A stretch of DNA of 51,869 nucleotides from Chthoniobacter flavus (GCA_945903555.1 CAMDOJ010000001.1:1-51869); one strand, 5' to 3'. Shown: positions 19,343 through 30,949, numbered from the stretch's first letter. Notes: generated from the letters alone by a model not told the origin. Made by a program: numbers and translations.

Positions 19343-20473
19343 TTAACGTAATTTCAGTGTTGCTAGACCAAGAAGGGCAAAGAGGACCGAGAGAATCCAG
19401 AAACGGACGATCACGGTGTTTTCTTTCCATCCACTCAATTCAAAGTGGTGATGGATGGGCGACATTTTGAAAATCCGTCGGCCTGTGAGTTTAAAGCTCG
19501 CGACTTGCAGGATGACCGACATCGCCTCGATGACAAATATCCCTCCGACGATAACGAGTAGAAATTCCTGTTTGCAGCAAATGGCGACCGATCCGAGCAT
19601 ACCCCCGATTGCGAGTGATCCGGTGTCCCCCATGAACACGCGCGCTGGATGCGCATTCCACCAAAGGAAACCTAGGCAGGATCCCAAGAGGGCGACGCAA
19701 AGCACGGCCAGTTCGCCGGAGTAAGCCACGTAGGGGATTTGGAGATAAGAGGCCGCCTTGATGTTGCCTGCTACATAGACAAGCACGGCATAGGTTGCGG
19801 CAACAGTCGCGGTGCATCCCGTGGCCAATCCGTCGAGTCCGTCGGTCAGATTGACTGCATTCGACGTGCCTACGATAACCAATAAAAAAAAGATAAAGCT
19901 AAACCACCCCATGCTCGCGAGTACGGGATCCTTGATGAAGGGGAAGTAGAGTTGTTGTGCTATCGCGGAAACTTTTGGGTTCAGTAAAAGAAATAGGGTG
20001 AATATGCCGGCGAGAAGACATTGAAGCCCAAACTTCATTCGACTACTGATGCCAGCCGAACTTTTTTTGCTCACTTTCAGCCAGTCATCGTATAGGCCGA
20101 TACCCCCCATGAAAACGGTGCTGAAGAGAACGAGCCAGACAAAAGGATTTTCCGGCTTAGCCCAAAGAAGTGTGGATACCACCACGGTCCCGATCAGCAA
20201 AACTCCACCCATGGTGGGAGTGCCTTTTTTCGCTCCGTGGAGTTCATGTAATTTATGGACTTCGGCGGCGGAGCGGATGGGTTGACCGAACTTCAAAGAA
20301 ATCAATTTGCGGATGACGAGATTGCCGAAGGCCAAGCTCAAAACAAAAGCGGTGATGCCCGCGCAGATGGCACGAAACGTGATGTAGGAAAACACATTCA
20401 GCGCTTTGAGGATATCGTTGTCGATCCCTTTGCCCGCGGCCCATGTAGAAATCTCAGATAGGTAGTAAAGCAT
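19343..20473 (-). CDS. mraY: Phospho-N-acetylmuramoyl-pentapeptide transferase.
   Basis: KKGTPTMGG, NAVNLTDGLDGLA, FMGDTGSLAIGG and PIHHHFE are MraY motifs. Confidence 0.95.
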   Translation of the reverse strand: MLYYLSEISTWAAGKGIDNDILKALNVFSYITFRAICAGITAFVLSLAFGNLVIRKLISLKFGQPIRSAAEVHKLHELHGAKKGTPTMGGVLLIGTVVVSTLLWAKPENPFVWLVLFSTVFMGGIGLYDDWLKVSKKSSAGISSRMKFGLQCLLAGIFTLFLLLNPKVSAIAQQLYFPFIKDPVLASMGWFSFIFFLLVIVGTSNAVNLTDGLDGLATGCTATVAATYAVLVYVAGNIKAASYLQIPYVAYSGELAVLCVALLGSCLGFLWWNAHPARVFMGDTGSLAIGGMLGSVAICCKQEFLLVIVGGIFVIEAMSVILQVASFKLTGRRIFKMSPIHHHFELSGWKENTVIVRFWILSVLFALLGLATLKLR

Positions 20474-21840
20474 CAGTTTGGGATATGTTGAAAGAGGGTT
20501 TCCATTCGAGCTGAGCGACTGCCTTTGACGAGAACGATGTCGCCGGGTCTTGCTAGTTGTTCGAGCATGCGGGCTGCAGCGGAGGTCTCCTCGACTTCAT
20601 GAATCCGGCCAAGCCCTGCTTTTCTCGCTGATGTAGCGATGGCGGAGGCTTCCTTGCCGACCGTGATGAGAATGTCAGCCCATTTTCCAGCGGCGGTTCC
20701 GGTTCTTTGGTATCCTTCAGCGGCGTAGCTACCAAGTTCCCCCATTTTTCCTAGAACGGCGATGCGGCGACCTTGGCCTTTGATTTGCCGGAGTGTTTGG
20801 AGAGCGGCTTCCATGGAATCGGGGTTCGCATTGTATGTATCGTCGAGGTAGAGAACGCCGCGCAGTTTTTTTTGTTCCAATCTTCCGTTTGTCAGCTTGG
20901 CCCGTGAGAGCGCTTTGATCGCTGAGGGGAGGGGGATGCCTAACTCCAACCCCGCAGCAATGGCTAGGAGTGCGTTCTGAACCATGTGGGATCCATGAAC
21001 GGGAATGGAGACTTCGTATTTCTTTCCTTTTTGGGTGATTGTAATTTTATTCCCTTTTTCGTCGCTTTCGAGTGACTCTGCGACGAGATCGCCTTTGTTG
21101 AAGCCCACTCGAATGACTTTGGCGGGACTTCGTCTCGCGATGGATTCGGTTTTGTCATCCTCGCTAACAAGGATCACTGCCCCACTTGGATTCACACTTT
21201 CTGCGAGCATCCCCTTTTCGAGCGCGATCGCATCGCGGGATTTCATGTGCTCGATATGAGCGACGCCAATATTCGTAATGATGACGCAATCGGGTTTGAT
21301 CAGCTCTGCCAGTGGTGCTATTTCACCGGGATGGTTCATGCCTACCTCCCATACAGCGACATCATCTTCGCTGTTGGCGCTCAGGATAGAAAGCGGAACA
21401 CCGATGTGATTATTGAGATTGCCCGCCGTTTTAACGACTTTGAGCCGGCTTCCAATAACGGCCGCTGTGAAATCTTTTGTGCTGGTTTTTCCGCTGCTAC
21501 CGGTGATTCCGACGACTTTGAGCTTCAGCTTCGAGCGCCACGCGACAGCCATTCTTGTGAGGGCGGCTAGTCCGTTCTCTACAAGTAGAACCGGATGCGG
21601 AGAAGGAATCGAATGGGCCGCTTCCGCAGAGTCCATTAAAACGCCCGCAGCCCCACCTGCTAGGGCATCTGCAGCGTAGGCGTTGCCATCAAAATTTTCA
21701 CCACGAAGGGCAATATAAAGATCGCCAAGTTGGATCGAACGGGAGTCCTTGCTGAGGGATGACACCAACACCTCCGGTGAGCCTTGGAGAATTTTTGCTC
21801 CCGCCATTTCAGCGATTTGAGAAAGGGGAATCCTATCCAT
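20473..21840 (-). CDS. murF: UDP-N-acetylmuramoyl-tripeptide--D-alanyl-D-alanine ligase.
   Basis: GITGSSGKTSTKD and DDTYNANPDSM are MurF motifs. I place the start at ATG 21840 (MDRIPLSQIAEM), which overlaps murE by 8 nt. The track start at 21954 would overlap murE by 122 nt. Confidence 0.9.
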   Translation of the reverse strand: MDRIPLSQIAEMAGAKILQGSPEVLVSSLSKDSRSIQLGDLYIALRGENFDGNAYAADALAGGAAGVLMDSAEAAHSIPSPHPVLLVENGLAALTRMAVAWRSKLKLKVVGITGSSGKTSTKDFTAAVIGSRLKVVKTAGNLNNHIGVPLSILSANSEDDVAVWEVGMNHPGEIAPLAELIKPDCVIITNIGVAHIEHMKSRDAIALEKGMLAESVNPSGAVILVSEDDKTESIARRSPAKVIRVGFNKGDLVAESLESDEKGNKITITQKGKKYEVSIPVHGSHMVQNALLAIAAGLELGIPLPSAIKALSRAKLTNGRLEQKKLRGVLYLDDTYNANPDSMEAALQTLRQIKGQGRRIAVLGKMGELGSYAAEGYQRTGTAAGKWADILITVGKEASAIATSARKAGLGRIHEVEETSAAARMLEQLARPGDIVLVKGSRSARMETLFQHIPN

Positions 21841-23314
21841 TTCTTGTATCCCCTCCTTTTTTTTCGCTGATTGCGCGCGTGGCGATTGCGACATCATCAA
21901 AGGCGACTTTACGGTCACTGAATTCCTGATATTTTTCGTGGCCCTTACCGGCAATGAGTACGATGTCGCCTGCTTCCGCTAGTTGAATGGCATGGTGAAT
22001 GGCGGAGGCGCGATCCGGAATGATTTCGTAGCTTTTCCCCCGCAGGCCGGCCTTCATATCTTTCAAAATGAAATCTGGATTTTCGCTGCGGGGATTATCC
22101 GAAGTCATGATGATCCAATCGGAAAGTTCTTCTGCCGCGGCGGCCATGAGTGGGCGTTTGCTGTGATCTCTGTCTCCACCGCAGCCGAAAACGGTGATCA
22201 ATCGCGAGGGTTTGAGTTCCTGCAATGTGCTTAGCACATTCTTGAGTGCGTCATCGGTGTGGGCGTAATCCACAAACACCTGAAAATGTCTCTTGGCTGG
22301 AACCCGTTCCAAGCGCCCTGGAACTTGGGGCGCCGAGGCGAGGGCAGCAATGGAGTTGCGTAATTCCACCCCGCAGGCCGTGGCTGCAGCAATAGCTCCC
22401 ATGGCGTTGTAAACATTGAAAAGCCCGATCAGCGGCAAGCGAACCAAATAGCTTTTTCCGCGTGCTTCGAGGGTGAATGTTGTGCCATTGAGGTCGTATC
22501 GAATGGAGGAGGCGCGGTAGTCGGCTTGAACTCCACGCCCGATAGTGAGAATTTTGATCCTCTTTGAAAATTGGTCGATGAGTTTCTGACCGAAGCGATC
22601 GTCTGCATTAATAATGGCGCGCGCTTTTTTGTTTTTTTGATGAGCTAGGGATTCGAACAAAAGTGCTTTTGCATCGAAGTAGGCATCCATCGACCCATGG
22701 TAATCGAGATGATCCTGTGTGAGATTCGTGAAAACGGCTGCATCAAATTCAATGGCCCTAGCCCTTTCTTGAACGAGAGCATGGCTGGATACCTCCATCG
22801 CCACGGCTCGGCTGCCACTATCGAGCATGGCTTCCATGAGGGACTGGAGGTCGATCGATTCGGGAGTGGTATGAGGGGCTGGCACCTCGGTGTCGCCAAC
22901 CATATATTTCACTGTTCCGATCAGACCGCATCGCATGTAAGCTGCATCCAGCAGATGCTTGACAAGAAAAGCGGTGGTCGTTTTGCCATTCGTTCCTGTG
23001 ATGCCCACCGTTTTGAGGCTCAGCGAGGGTTGGCTATGGAATTCGGCAGCGATATCGGCCATGGCTTTTCTGGCATTCGCTACAACCACTAACGGGCAAT
23101 CGCTCTGAGGGATCGATTTTTCGGCGACGATGGCAGCGGCGCCCCTTTCAGTGGCCTGTAACGCGAATGCCGCTCCGTCGCTGTTTTTTCCAGGGAGGGC
23201 AAAGAAAAGGCATCCCTTTTCGGCTTTACGCGAGTCGTAGCAAAGCGAAGTGATTTCGGGGTCGGCCAGCCCTTGTGGGATTCCTGATGATTTGAGAAGG
23301 GCAGAGAGTCGCAT
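21833..23314 (-). CDS. murE: UDP-MurNAc-L-Ala-D-Glu--2,6-diaminopimelate ligase.
   Basis: GITGTNGKTTTAF, DYAHTDDAL and the TSDNPRSE (DNPR) motif are associated with meso-DAP specificity. Confidence 0.93.
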   Translation of the reverse strand: MRLSALLKSSGIPQGLADPEITSLCYDSRKAEKGCLFFALPGKNSDGAAFALQATERGAAAIVAEKSIPQSDCPLVVVANARKAMADIAAEFHSQPSLSLKTVGITGTNGKTTTAFLVKHLLDAAYMRCGLIGTVKYMVGDTEVPAPHTTPESIDLQSLMEAMLDSGSRAVAMEVSSHALVQERARAIEFDAAVFTNLTQDHLDYHGSMDAYFDAKALLFESLAHQKNKKARAIINADDRFGQKLIDQFSKRIKILTIGRGVQADYRASSIRYDLNGTTFTLEARGKSYLVRLPLIGLFNVYNAMGAIAAATACGVELRNSIAALASAPQVPGRLERVPAKRHFQVFVDYAHTDDALKNVLSTLQELKPSRLITVFGCGGDRDHSKRPLMAAAAEELSDWIIMTSDNPRSENPDFILKDMKAGLRGKSYEIIPDRASAIHHAIQLAEAGDIVLIAGKGHEKYQEFSDRKVAFDDVAIATRAISEKKGGDTRNG

Positions 23315-23322
23315 TTGGCTTT

Positions 23323-25089
23323 TTAGTGGGTGGCCTCGTTCAATGTTTCGACTTTAGCCATAGGCGTGTCTTGCAAAGGGATTGGGGGAAGTGTCGGGGT
23401 GAGGTCGAGGTGGCGGGCGGCCTTTTCGGCGACGCGCGAAAAGACGGGGGCGGCAACGAGTCCGCCGTAATTCAAATTAGAAGCGGTTTTGGCATCATCC
23501 ACCATGATCAAACAAACAAAACGTGGATCTTCCGCAGGCATGAATCCGACAAAGGAGACGACATATTTTCCGGCTGCATAGCCGCCCTTGGAACTGACCT
23601 TTTGGGCTGTACCTGTCTTTCCAGCGACCTCAAAGCCACTTACTCGTGCATAGGTTGCTGTTCCACCGATTTGGGTTACTCCAACGAGCGCGTTGGTAAT
23701 GAAGCGGGCGGTTTTTTCGGGAATCACTTCGCGAACGACCTTGGGTGTCTTTTTAAGGATTTTTGTCCCATCAATGTCTTCGACTGACTTAATAACATGC
23801 GGCGCCATGAGGCGCCCCCCATTAGCAATGACGGACATGCCCATCGTGATCTGGAGCGGTGTTACGGCGACAGAATGCCCCATGGGCATGCGTGTGATCG
23901 TGAGTTTGTCCCAGCGTGCGGGCGGATGAACGAGACCTGCGATTTCTCCTGGTAGCTCAATGCCATGGCGTTCGCCGAACCCAAAGCGTCGCACATATTC
24001 GTAGTATTTGTCCCCGCCCATGAGGAGGGCCAACTTAGCGGAGCCAATATTCGATGATTTGACCAGAATCTCATGGACATTCATATCCCCATAGCCGTGG
24101 TGATCTTTCAGGATTTTTCCAGCATAGGAAAAGCGACCGTTTTCACAAAAAATACTGCTCTTTTCATTCACAGTGCCTTCATTCAGTGCTCCAGCAGCGA
24201 CGACAATTTTAAATGTGGATCCAGGTTCCACCATATCAATGATGGCTCGGTTCTTCATTTGCTCGGGCTCGGCCTTGCCAGGTTCGTTGGGGTTGAAGCA
24301 AGGTCGATTGACCATGGCCAAAACTTCACCTGTTTTGGGGTCCAGCATGATGCCAGTCACCGTCTCGGGTTTAAATTCTTCAAATGTTTTATCAATCTCC
24401 TCTTCGAGGATGGATTGAAGGGTCATGTCGATCGAGAGGCGGATATTTTTGCCATGAACAGGTTCCTGTTCGGTGCCTCTGTAAAGCATGATTTCCTTGC
24501 CTGTTCGATCGCGTTCAATGAAGCGATGGCCGTCATTGCCTGCAAGGAGGCTGTTCATCGTCAACTCGATTCCTTGAACCCCTTTTCCTTCGTCGTTCAA
24601 GAATCCGAGGACGTGCCCGAGCGTTTCGCCATTGGGATAAATTCGAATGGCATCCTGCTCAAATGTGACTCCGCGCACCTTGGCCTTTTGCATGGCCGCT
24701 TCGAGGGCGACATAGATGTCTTCAGGCACCTCCTTCTTGAGGACGATGTATTTTTTTTGCGAGGAGATTTTTTTAAGAACGTCAGCCTCTTTCAGTCCCA
24801 GAAATTGGGAGGCGAGGGCAGCCACAATCGCTGGGTCTTTGATCTGGGAGGCATCAGCTACAACTTTGCGCACAGGGAGGTTTGATGCAAGAATCTCGCC
24901 ATTGCGGTCCAAGATCATCCCCCTTTTGGCATGGATGATTTGACGCAGGGTGTGCTTCTGTGCAGCCAGTTTCGAGTATTCGGCGTGCTTGGAAATATGC
25001 AGATCAACCAGACGCGCCGAGAAAATCGTAAATATAAGCGCCACTACCCCGCAGGCTAAGGCTATTCGCATGCACTCCGGTTTGTTCAT
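23323..25089 (-). CDS. ftsI: Division-specific class B penicillin-binding protein (PBP3/FtsI).
   Basis: It has an N-terminal TM, a dimerisation domain and transpeptidase motifs STFK, SSN and KTGT. It lies at the dcw position after ftsL. Confidence 0.9.
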   Translation of the reverse strand: MNKPECMRIALACGVVALIFTIFSARLVDLHISKHAEYSKLAAQKHTLRQIIHAKRGMILDRNGEILASNLPVRKVVADASQIKDPAIVAALASQFLGLKEADVLKKISSQKKYIVLKKEVPEDIYVALEAAMQKAKVRGVTFEQDAIRIYPNGETLGHVLGFLNDEGKGVQGIELTMNSLLAGNDGHRFIERDRTGKEIMLYRGTEQEPVHGKNIRLSIDMTLQSILEEEIDKTFEEFKPETVTGIMLDPKTGEVLAMVNRPCFNPNEPGKAEPEQMKNRAIIDMVEPGSTFKIVVAAGALNEGTVNEKSSIFCENGRFSYAGKILKDHHGYGDMNVHEILVKSSNIGSAKLALLMGGDKYYEYVRRFGFGERHGIELPGEIAGLVHPPARWDKLTITRMPMGHSVAVTPLQITMGMSVIANGGRLMAPHVIKSVEDIDGTKILKKTPKVVREVIPEKTARFITNALVGVTQIGGTATYARVSGFEVAGKTGTAQKVSSKGGYAAGKYVVSFVGFMPAEDPRFVCLIMVDDAKTASNLNYGGLVAAPVFSRVAEKAARHLDLTPTLPPIPLQDTPMAKVETLNEATH

Positions 25090-25460
25090 CTGGATGTTCT
25101 TTCGTTGGATACTGTACGAAGAATTCCATCCTGCATCGCTGGCGAGGCAGGGGTGAGGCGGGCAATCTTGTCGCCGGAGATGTGAACAACATGAAGCGAT
25201 CCGCTCGTCATTCGCTGTTGCAGGGCGCGGCGGGAGGACAGTTCTGTAGTTTTGGCCAAGAGAACTTCATTTTCTGCCCGCACTTGTTTGATTCTTTTTT
25301 CCGTGAGACGGATTTCATCAGCGAGGGCAAACTGCTGATTTTTCAAATACACATAGGATAATCCCAGCGAGCCCGTGACAACGGCGAACGCGATGTATTT
25401 TAGTGCTTTTGCTATCTGAATCGGGTTGCTGCTGTTCCGCGGGGCGAATGATGTGGTCAT
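25086..25460 (-). CDS. ftsL: FtsL-like small bitopic division protein.
   Basis: About 124 aa, with a single TM (YIAFAVVTGSLGLSYVYL) followed by a coiled-coil-like segment. It holds the conserved position between rsmH and ftsI. ATG 25460 is preferred over the TTG at 25484 used by the track. Confidence 0.6.
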   Translation of the reverse strand: MTTSFAPRNSSNPIQIAKALKYIAFAVVTGSLGLSYVYLKNQQFALADEIRLTEKRIKQVRAENEVLLAKTTELSSRRALQQRMTSGSLHVVHISGDKIARLTPASPAMQDGILRTVSNERTSR

Positions 25461-25467
25461 GGAGTTT

Positions 25468-26448
25468 TTATATTTTTTCGACAACTCTCAGTTTGGCACT
25501 GCGAGCTCTCGGGTTTTGTTGGATTTCTTCTTCGCTGGCTGTGATCGGATGGCTTGTGAGTAGCTTGAAAATGCGGCTGGGATTGCGGCGAGGGGCTGGC
25601 CATTCTGGGCGGTCAATCCACTCTCGGCTTTGCTCACGGAAGTAGACTTTCACGATCCTATCCTCCAATGAGTGGAACGTGAGGATGGCGAAGCGGGCTC
25701 CTGGTGCGAGTAGCGAGGGGATTTCTTGCAGCGTTTCCCTGAGGGCCTGAAGCTCGTCATTCACATGGATTCTCAAGGCCTGAAAAATCTTTGTTGCTGG
25801 ATGTCGGGGACCACGTCGGGGCGAAACCATCGTGACAGCTTCTGTGAGGTCAAATGTGGTCTGAAAAGGTTTTGACTCTCTGATTTCGCCGATTTTGGCA
25901 GCGATCTGACGGGCAAAGGGCTCCTCCCCATATTCCTTAAAGATTCGAATGAGTTCGGAGACGGGCAGGGTGTTGACTGCATCGGCTGCGGTGAGCGCCG
26001 CGCTCGGGCTCATTCTCATGTCCAGTGGGCCATTTTGCATGAGAGAAAATCCTCTTTCTGCCGCATCCAATTGGTGTGAGGAAACTCCGATATCGAGCAG
26101 GGCCCCATTCAATGGACGATCTTCTCCGATTTTCTCTAGCGCCGCTGGGGCTTTGCTGAAATTGGATTCGACCAAGCGGGATTTTGTTCCGAAATGCACC
26201 AATCGTTTCTGGCACTCCGCTATGGCTTCTGGATCCTGATCCAACGAGATCACTTCCGCTCCCGCTTCCAGCATGAGATTGGTGTGACCACCGCCGCCGG
26301 CGGTTCCATCAAGAAAAAGCAGGCCTGGCGCTGGGCGCAAATACGCCTTCACTTGCGCGGCCATGACCGGAAGATGGTAAGGCAACTCCGCCCGATTAGA
26401 AGGTGTGGATGGCATTCCTAAAAAATTGTCGTAATCCAAGTTTCTCAT
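25468..26448 (-). CDS. rsmH: 16S rRNA (cytosine1402-N4)-methyltransferase.
   Basis: HLPVM, FLDGTAGGGGHT, DLGVSS-like (DIGVSSHQLD) and FHSLEDRIVK are RsmH/MraW motifs. Confidence 0.93.
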   Translation of the reverse strand: MRNLDYDNFLGMPSTPSNRAELPYHLPVMAAQVKAYLRPAPGLLFLDGTAGGGGHTNLMLEAGAEVISLDQDPEAIAECQKRLVHFGTKSRLVESNFSKAPAALEKIGEDRPLNGALLDIGVSSHQLDAAERGFSLMQNGPLDMRMSPSAALTAADAVNTLPVSELIRIFKEYGEEPFARQIAAKIGEIRESKPFQTTFDLTEAVTMVSPRRGPRHPATKIFQALRIHVNDELQALRETLQEIPSLLAPGARFAILTFHSLEDRIVKVYFREQSREWIDRPEWPAPRRNPSRIFKLLTSHPITASEEEIQQNPRARSAKLRVVEKI

Positions 26449-26560
26449 AAGTGCTCAAAGTTTTATGGATAATGGCCCTGCAGCTGAGCTTCATGCTCTT
26501 TTGCATGGTTGTGATCAGTTCCCTTCCATCCTCATTTGTTGGCTTTCGTTTTCATCAAAA

Positions 26561-27013
26561 TCACAAGCCGATATCGACTGCGACGCGCTGGTAGATTGAC
26601 GCATTGGCTTCGCAGGAGGCGGCGTGTCTCGCTTTCGACCAGATCTCAAATCGTCTGCCTGCTCCTATAAATACAATGTCACCCGTGAGATCCGCCGCAA
26701 CCGCATGGGACTCCGGCACGAGAACTCGACCTTGCTTGTCGGGGCAGACTTTGTGGGCCGCGCTGAAAAATTGTCGTATCGCTTGGCGCTTTTCTTGTGC
26801 CGAGGCCCCCGAGGTGAGGATTCGTTGCTCAGTTGCGTGGAATTCCTCGGTAGGCATGACCATGAGGTAACCTTCCTGCGGATGTGGAATTACAAAAAAC
26901 TCCGCGTTATCGGGAGTTACCCATGTCGATGGGATCGCCGCACGCTTCTTGGCGTCCAACGCTCTCTCATAAGTCCCCGAATACAGGGGCGCTAATGGGA
27001 TTTCTTGCGGCAT
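26561..27013 (-). CDS. mraZ: Transcriptional regulator MraZ.
   Basis: It is 150 aa and the first gene of the dcw cluster. The duplicated SpoVT/AbrB-like halves carry LDAKKRAAIPS and PDKQGRVLVP (DxxxR-type) motifs. Confidence 0.9.
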   Translation of the reverse strand: MPQEIPLAPLYSGTYERALDAKKRAAIPSTWVTPDNAEFFVIPHPQEGYLMVMPTEEFHATEQRILTSGASAQEKRQAIRQFFSAAHKVCPDKQGRVLVPESHAVAADLTGDIVFIGAGRRFEIWSKARHAASCEANASIYQRVAVDIGL

Positions 27014-27050
27014 TTTATTAGGTTAGTTTAGACAAAAATCACCACGAGTT

Positions 27051-27075
27051 CCCACTTTCACCCACTTTTCCCCAT
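27051..27075 (-). promoter_or_regulatory. Candidate MraZ operator: three direct (A/G)TGGG repeats with exact 10-bp phasing, 38-62 bp upstream of mraZ.
   Basis: The plus strand reads cccacTTTCAcccacTTTTCcccat. On the mraZ strand this is ATGGGgaaaaGTGGGtgaaaGTGGG. This matches the known architecture of MraZ boxes (TGGGN-type repeats at a 10-bp period). Confidence 0.6.
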
Positions 27076-27184
27076 TTCGCAATCTAAAAGTTTCTTTTTT
27101 TTTGCAGGCGGGGTGAGTGGAGATTGTTGGGCGAGATTTTTTAAAACGATTGACCTCTGCACGAACCTGCGAGAAGCATGGAGA

Positions 27185-27290
27185 TGTGCAGGGGAGCCTA
27201 TGATGGGCTGAGAGTTCTGGAGTGGTCATTCACGACCAGAAGACCCTTTGAACCTGAAACGGATCACACCGGCGGAGGGAGCAGCGGAGA
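27185..27290 (+). ncRNA. TPP (THI-box) riboswitch in the thiC leader.
   Basis: CAGGGGAGCC..GGGCTGAGAG..(variable hairpin CTGG..CCAG)..ACCCTTTGAACCTGAAACGGATCACACCGGCGGAGGGAGC matches the conserved THI element core. It lies ~100 nt upstream of thiC. The boundaries are approximate. Confidence 0.9.
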
Positions 27291-27369
27291 CAGCGATGGA
27301 GTTCGAGTCTTTGGTGGCTTTTCATTGGAGTGCGTTTTTGGCGAAAGCACAAAAAGTCTAACAAAATAA

Positions 27370-29355
<1,986 letters not shown>

Positions 29356-29667
29356 TCTTGGAGATGTGCGGGCAGCTATTTTTTATAGATGATAATCAAG
29401 AGGGCGCATCGAGAATGGCTACAGCTTCGTGGGAGAGATCGAAATATTTGCAAATTTTCCCCTTGCACAAGTTTGAGAACTCTAGTCTACCTAGCCCGTC
29501 CAATGATGGTATCAAGCGTTCAACGCATATTTTCGGTATTCGATTTGTCTGCATGCAGGTGCTGACCTTTTCTTTTTTCAGCGCTCTTTGCGCTTGGATA
29601 CGCAGATCACCCACTCACGCAAACTCGATGTTTGCCGTGATCATTCACCCCCCAACGAGGAGGCACT

Positions 29668-30267
29668 ATTAATATTAAGGATATTCGCATCAATGAGCGA
29701 ATCCGTGCACGGGAAGTGCGCGTGATTCTTGCAGCAACCAATGAACAGCTTGGCGTCCTGCGCCTAGACGAGGCGATTCGCCGCGCTCGCAGTATCGGGA
29801 TGGATCTGGTCGAGATCGCTCCCAATGCCCAGCCACCCGTATGTCGCATCGTGGATTTCGGTAAGTTCCGCTACGATCTCGCCAAGCAGGAAAAGGAAAA
29901 AAAGCACGTTGTCAACAAGGTCAAGGAGATCAAATTCCGAGTCAATATTGATGAACATGACTACCTCACCAAAGTCCGGCATGCCGAGGATTTCTTGGAT
30001 AAGGGGAATAAGGTTAAAGTGCACCTTCAATTCCGTGGTCGCGAAATGGCTCACCAAGATCTTGGGTTGCTCGTCGTCAAGCGGGTGAAAGAGGATCTTT
30101 CTGGAATGGCCCATGTTGATATGGAGCCGAAGCTCGTTGGACGTGCGATTGGCATGACTCTCAGCCCCCTGCCTGCCAATAAGCGGCACAGGAAATTTTC
30201 CAAGCACGGCGAAATTCTCGAACCCGAGGCGGTCGAGCCCGAGCATGCCGGAGACGATGAAGATTGA
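29668..30267 (+). CDS. infC: Translation initiation factor IF-3, with a non-canonical ATT start.
   Basis: The track ORF starts at GTG 29716, but the frame is open back to the stop at 29638 and encodes INIKDIRINERIRAREVRVI, the conserved IF-3 N-terminus. There is no in-frame ATG, GTG or TTG. A GAGGAGG (29657-29663) precedes ATT codons at 29668 and 29674. Confidence 0.9.
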   Translation: MNIKDIRINERIRAREVRVILAATNEQLGVLRLDEAIRRARSIGMDLVEIAPNAQPPVCRIVDFGKFRYDLAKQEKEKKHVVNKVKEIKFRVNIDEHDYLTKVRHAEDFLDKGNKVKVHLQFRGREMAHQDLGLLVVKRVKEDLSGMAHVDMEPKLVGRAIGMTLSPLPANKRHRKFSKHGEILEPEAVEPEHAGDDED

Positions 30268-30949
30268 TCGTCGGTTGCTTCTTTTTGATATCGACGGAAC
30301 GCTGATTTCGTCGGGAGGCGCGGGTGAAGCGGCATTGAAAGATGCTATGCTATCGCGCTTCGGCGTCGAAGAGGACTTGGATGGGATCATTCTGGCCGGA
30401 GCTACCGATGGTCGCATCGCGCGTGAGTTACTGGAAAAGCACAGCATCTCGGTTTCCCCTGAGAACGTGTCCGCTTTGCTGGACACTTACCTTGGCCATC
30501 TCACTGAGCGGATCGGGCGGCATGATGGCAGGCTTCTTCCGGGTATCGTTTCTCTTTTAAAAGTTCTTTCCGAACGCACGGATGTCGTCCTCGCCTTGCT
30601 GACAGGCAATGTGAGCCGAGGGGCTAAAATCAAACTCACACACTATGGAGTCTGGGATTTTTTTGAATTCGGAGCTTTTGCGGATGATCACCATGACCGC
30701 AATGAGTTGGGGAAATTTGCGCGTGCACGTGCTTTGGAGCGTCATGGAGAGGATTTTCCACCTTCCCGTATTTACGTTATCGGCGACACGCCGAAGGACA
30801 TCGAGTGTGGGCGTGCGATTGGGGCTTGCACCGTTGCCATTGCGACTGGGCACTACTCCTCAGCCGAGTTGCGCGATCACGCACCGGATTTTCTTTTTGA
30901 GGACCTCTCGGATACGGAGCGGGTGGTAGAGCTTCTCTTCGGCAAGTAG
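30245..30949 (+). CDS. HAD-superfamily hydrolase (phosphatase-like, subfamily IA-type).
   Basis: LLLFDIDGTLISS (DxDGT motif I), LLTGN and YVIGDTPKDIECGRAIGA (motif IV) support the call. An alternative start is ATG 30257. Confidence 0.8.
   Translation: MPETMKIDRRLLLFDIDGTLISSGGAGEAALKDAMLSRFGVEEDLDGIILAGATDGRIARELLEKHSISVSPENVSALLDTYLGHLTERIGRHDGRLLPGIVSLLKVLSERTDVVLALLTGNVSRGAKIKLTHYGVWDFFEFGAFADDHHDRNELGKFARARALERHGEDFPPSRIYVIGDTPKDIECGRAIGACTVAIATGHYSSAELRDHAPDFLFEDLSDTERVVELLFGK

Noticed and set aside
21841-21954. A long N-terminal extension of murF (track start at 21954).
   Set aside because: It would overlap murE by 122 nt and adds a basic, non-conserved leader. The internal ATG at 21840 gives the usual MurF N-terminus and an 8-nt overlap.
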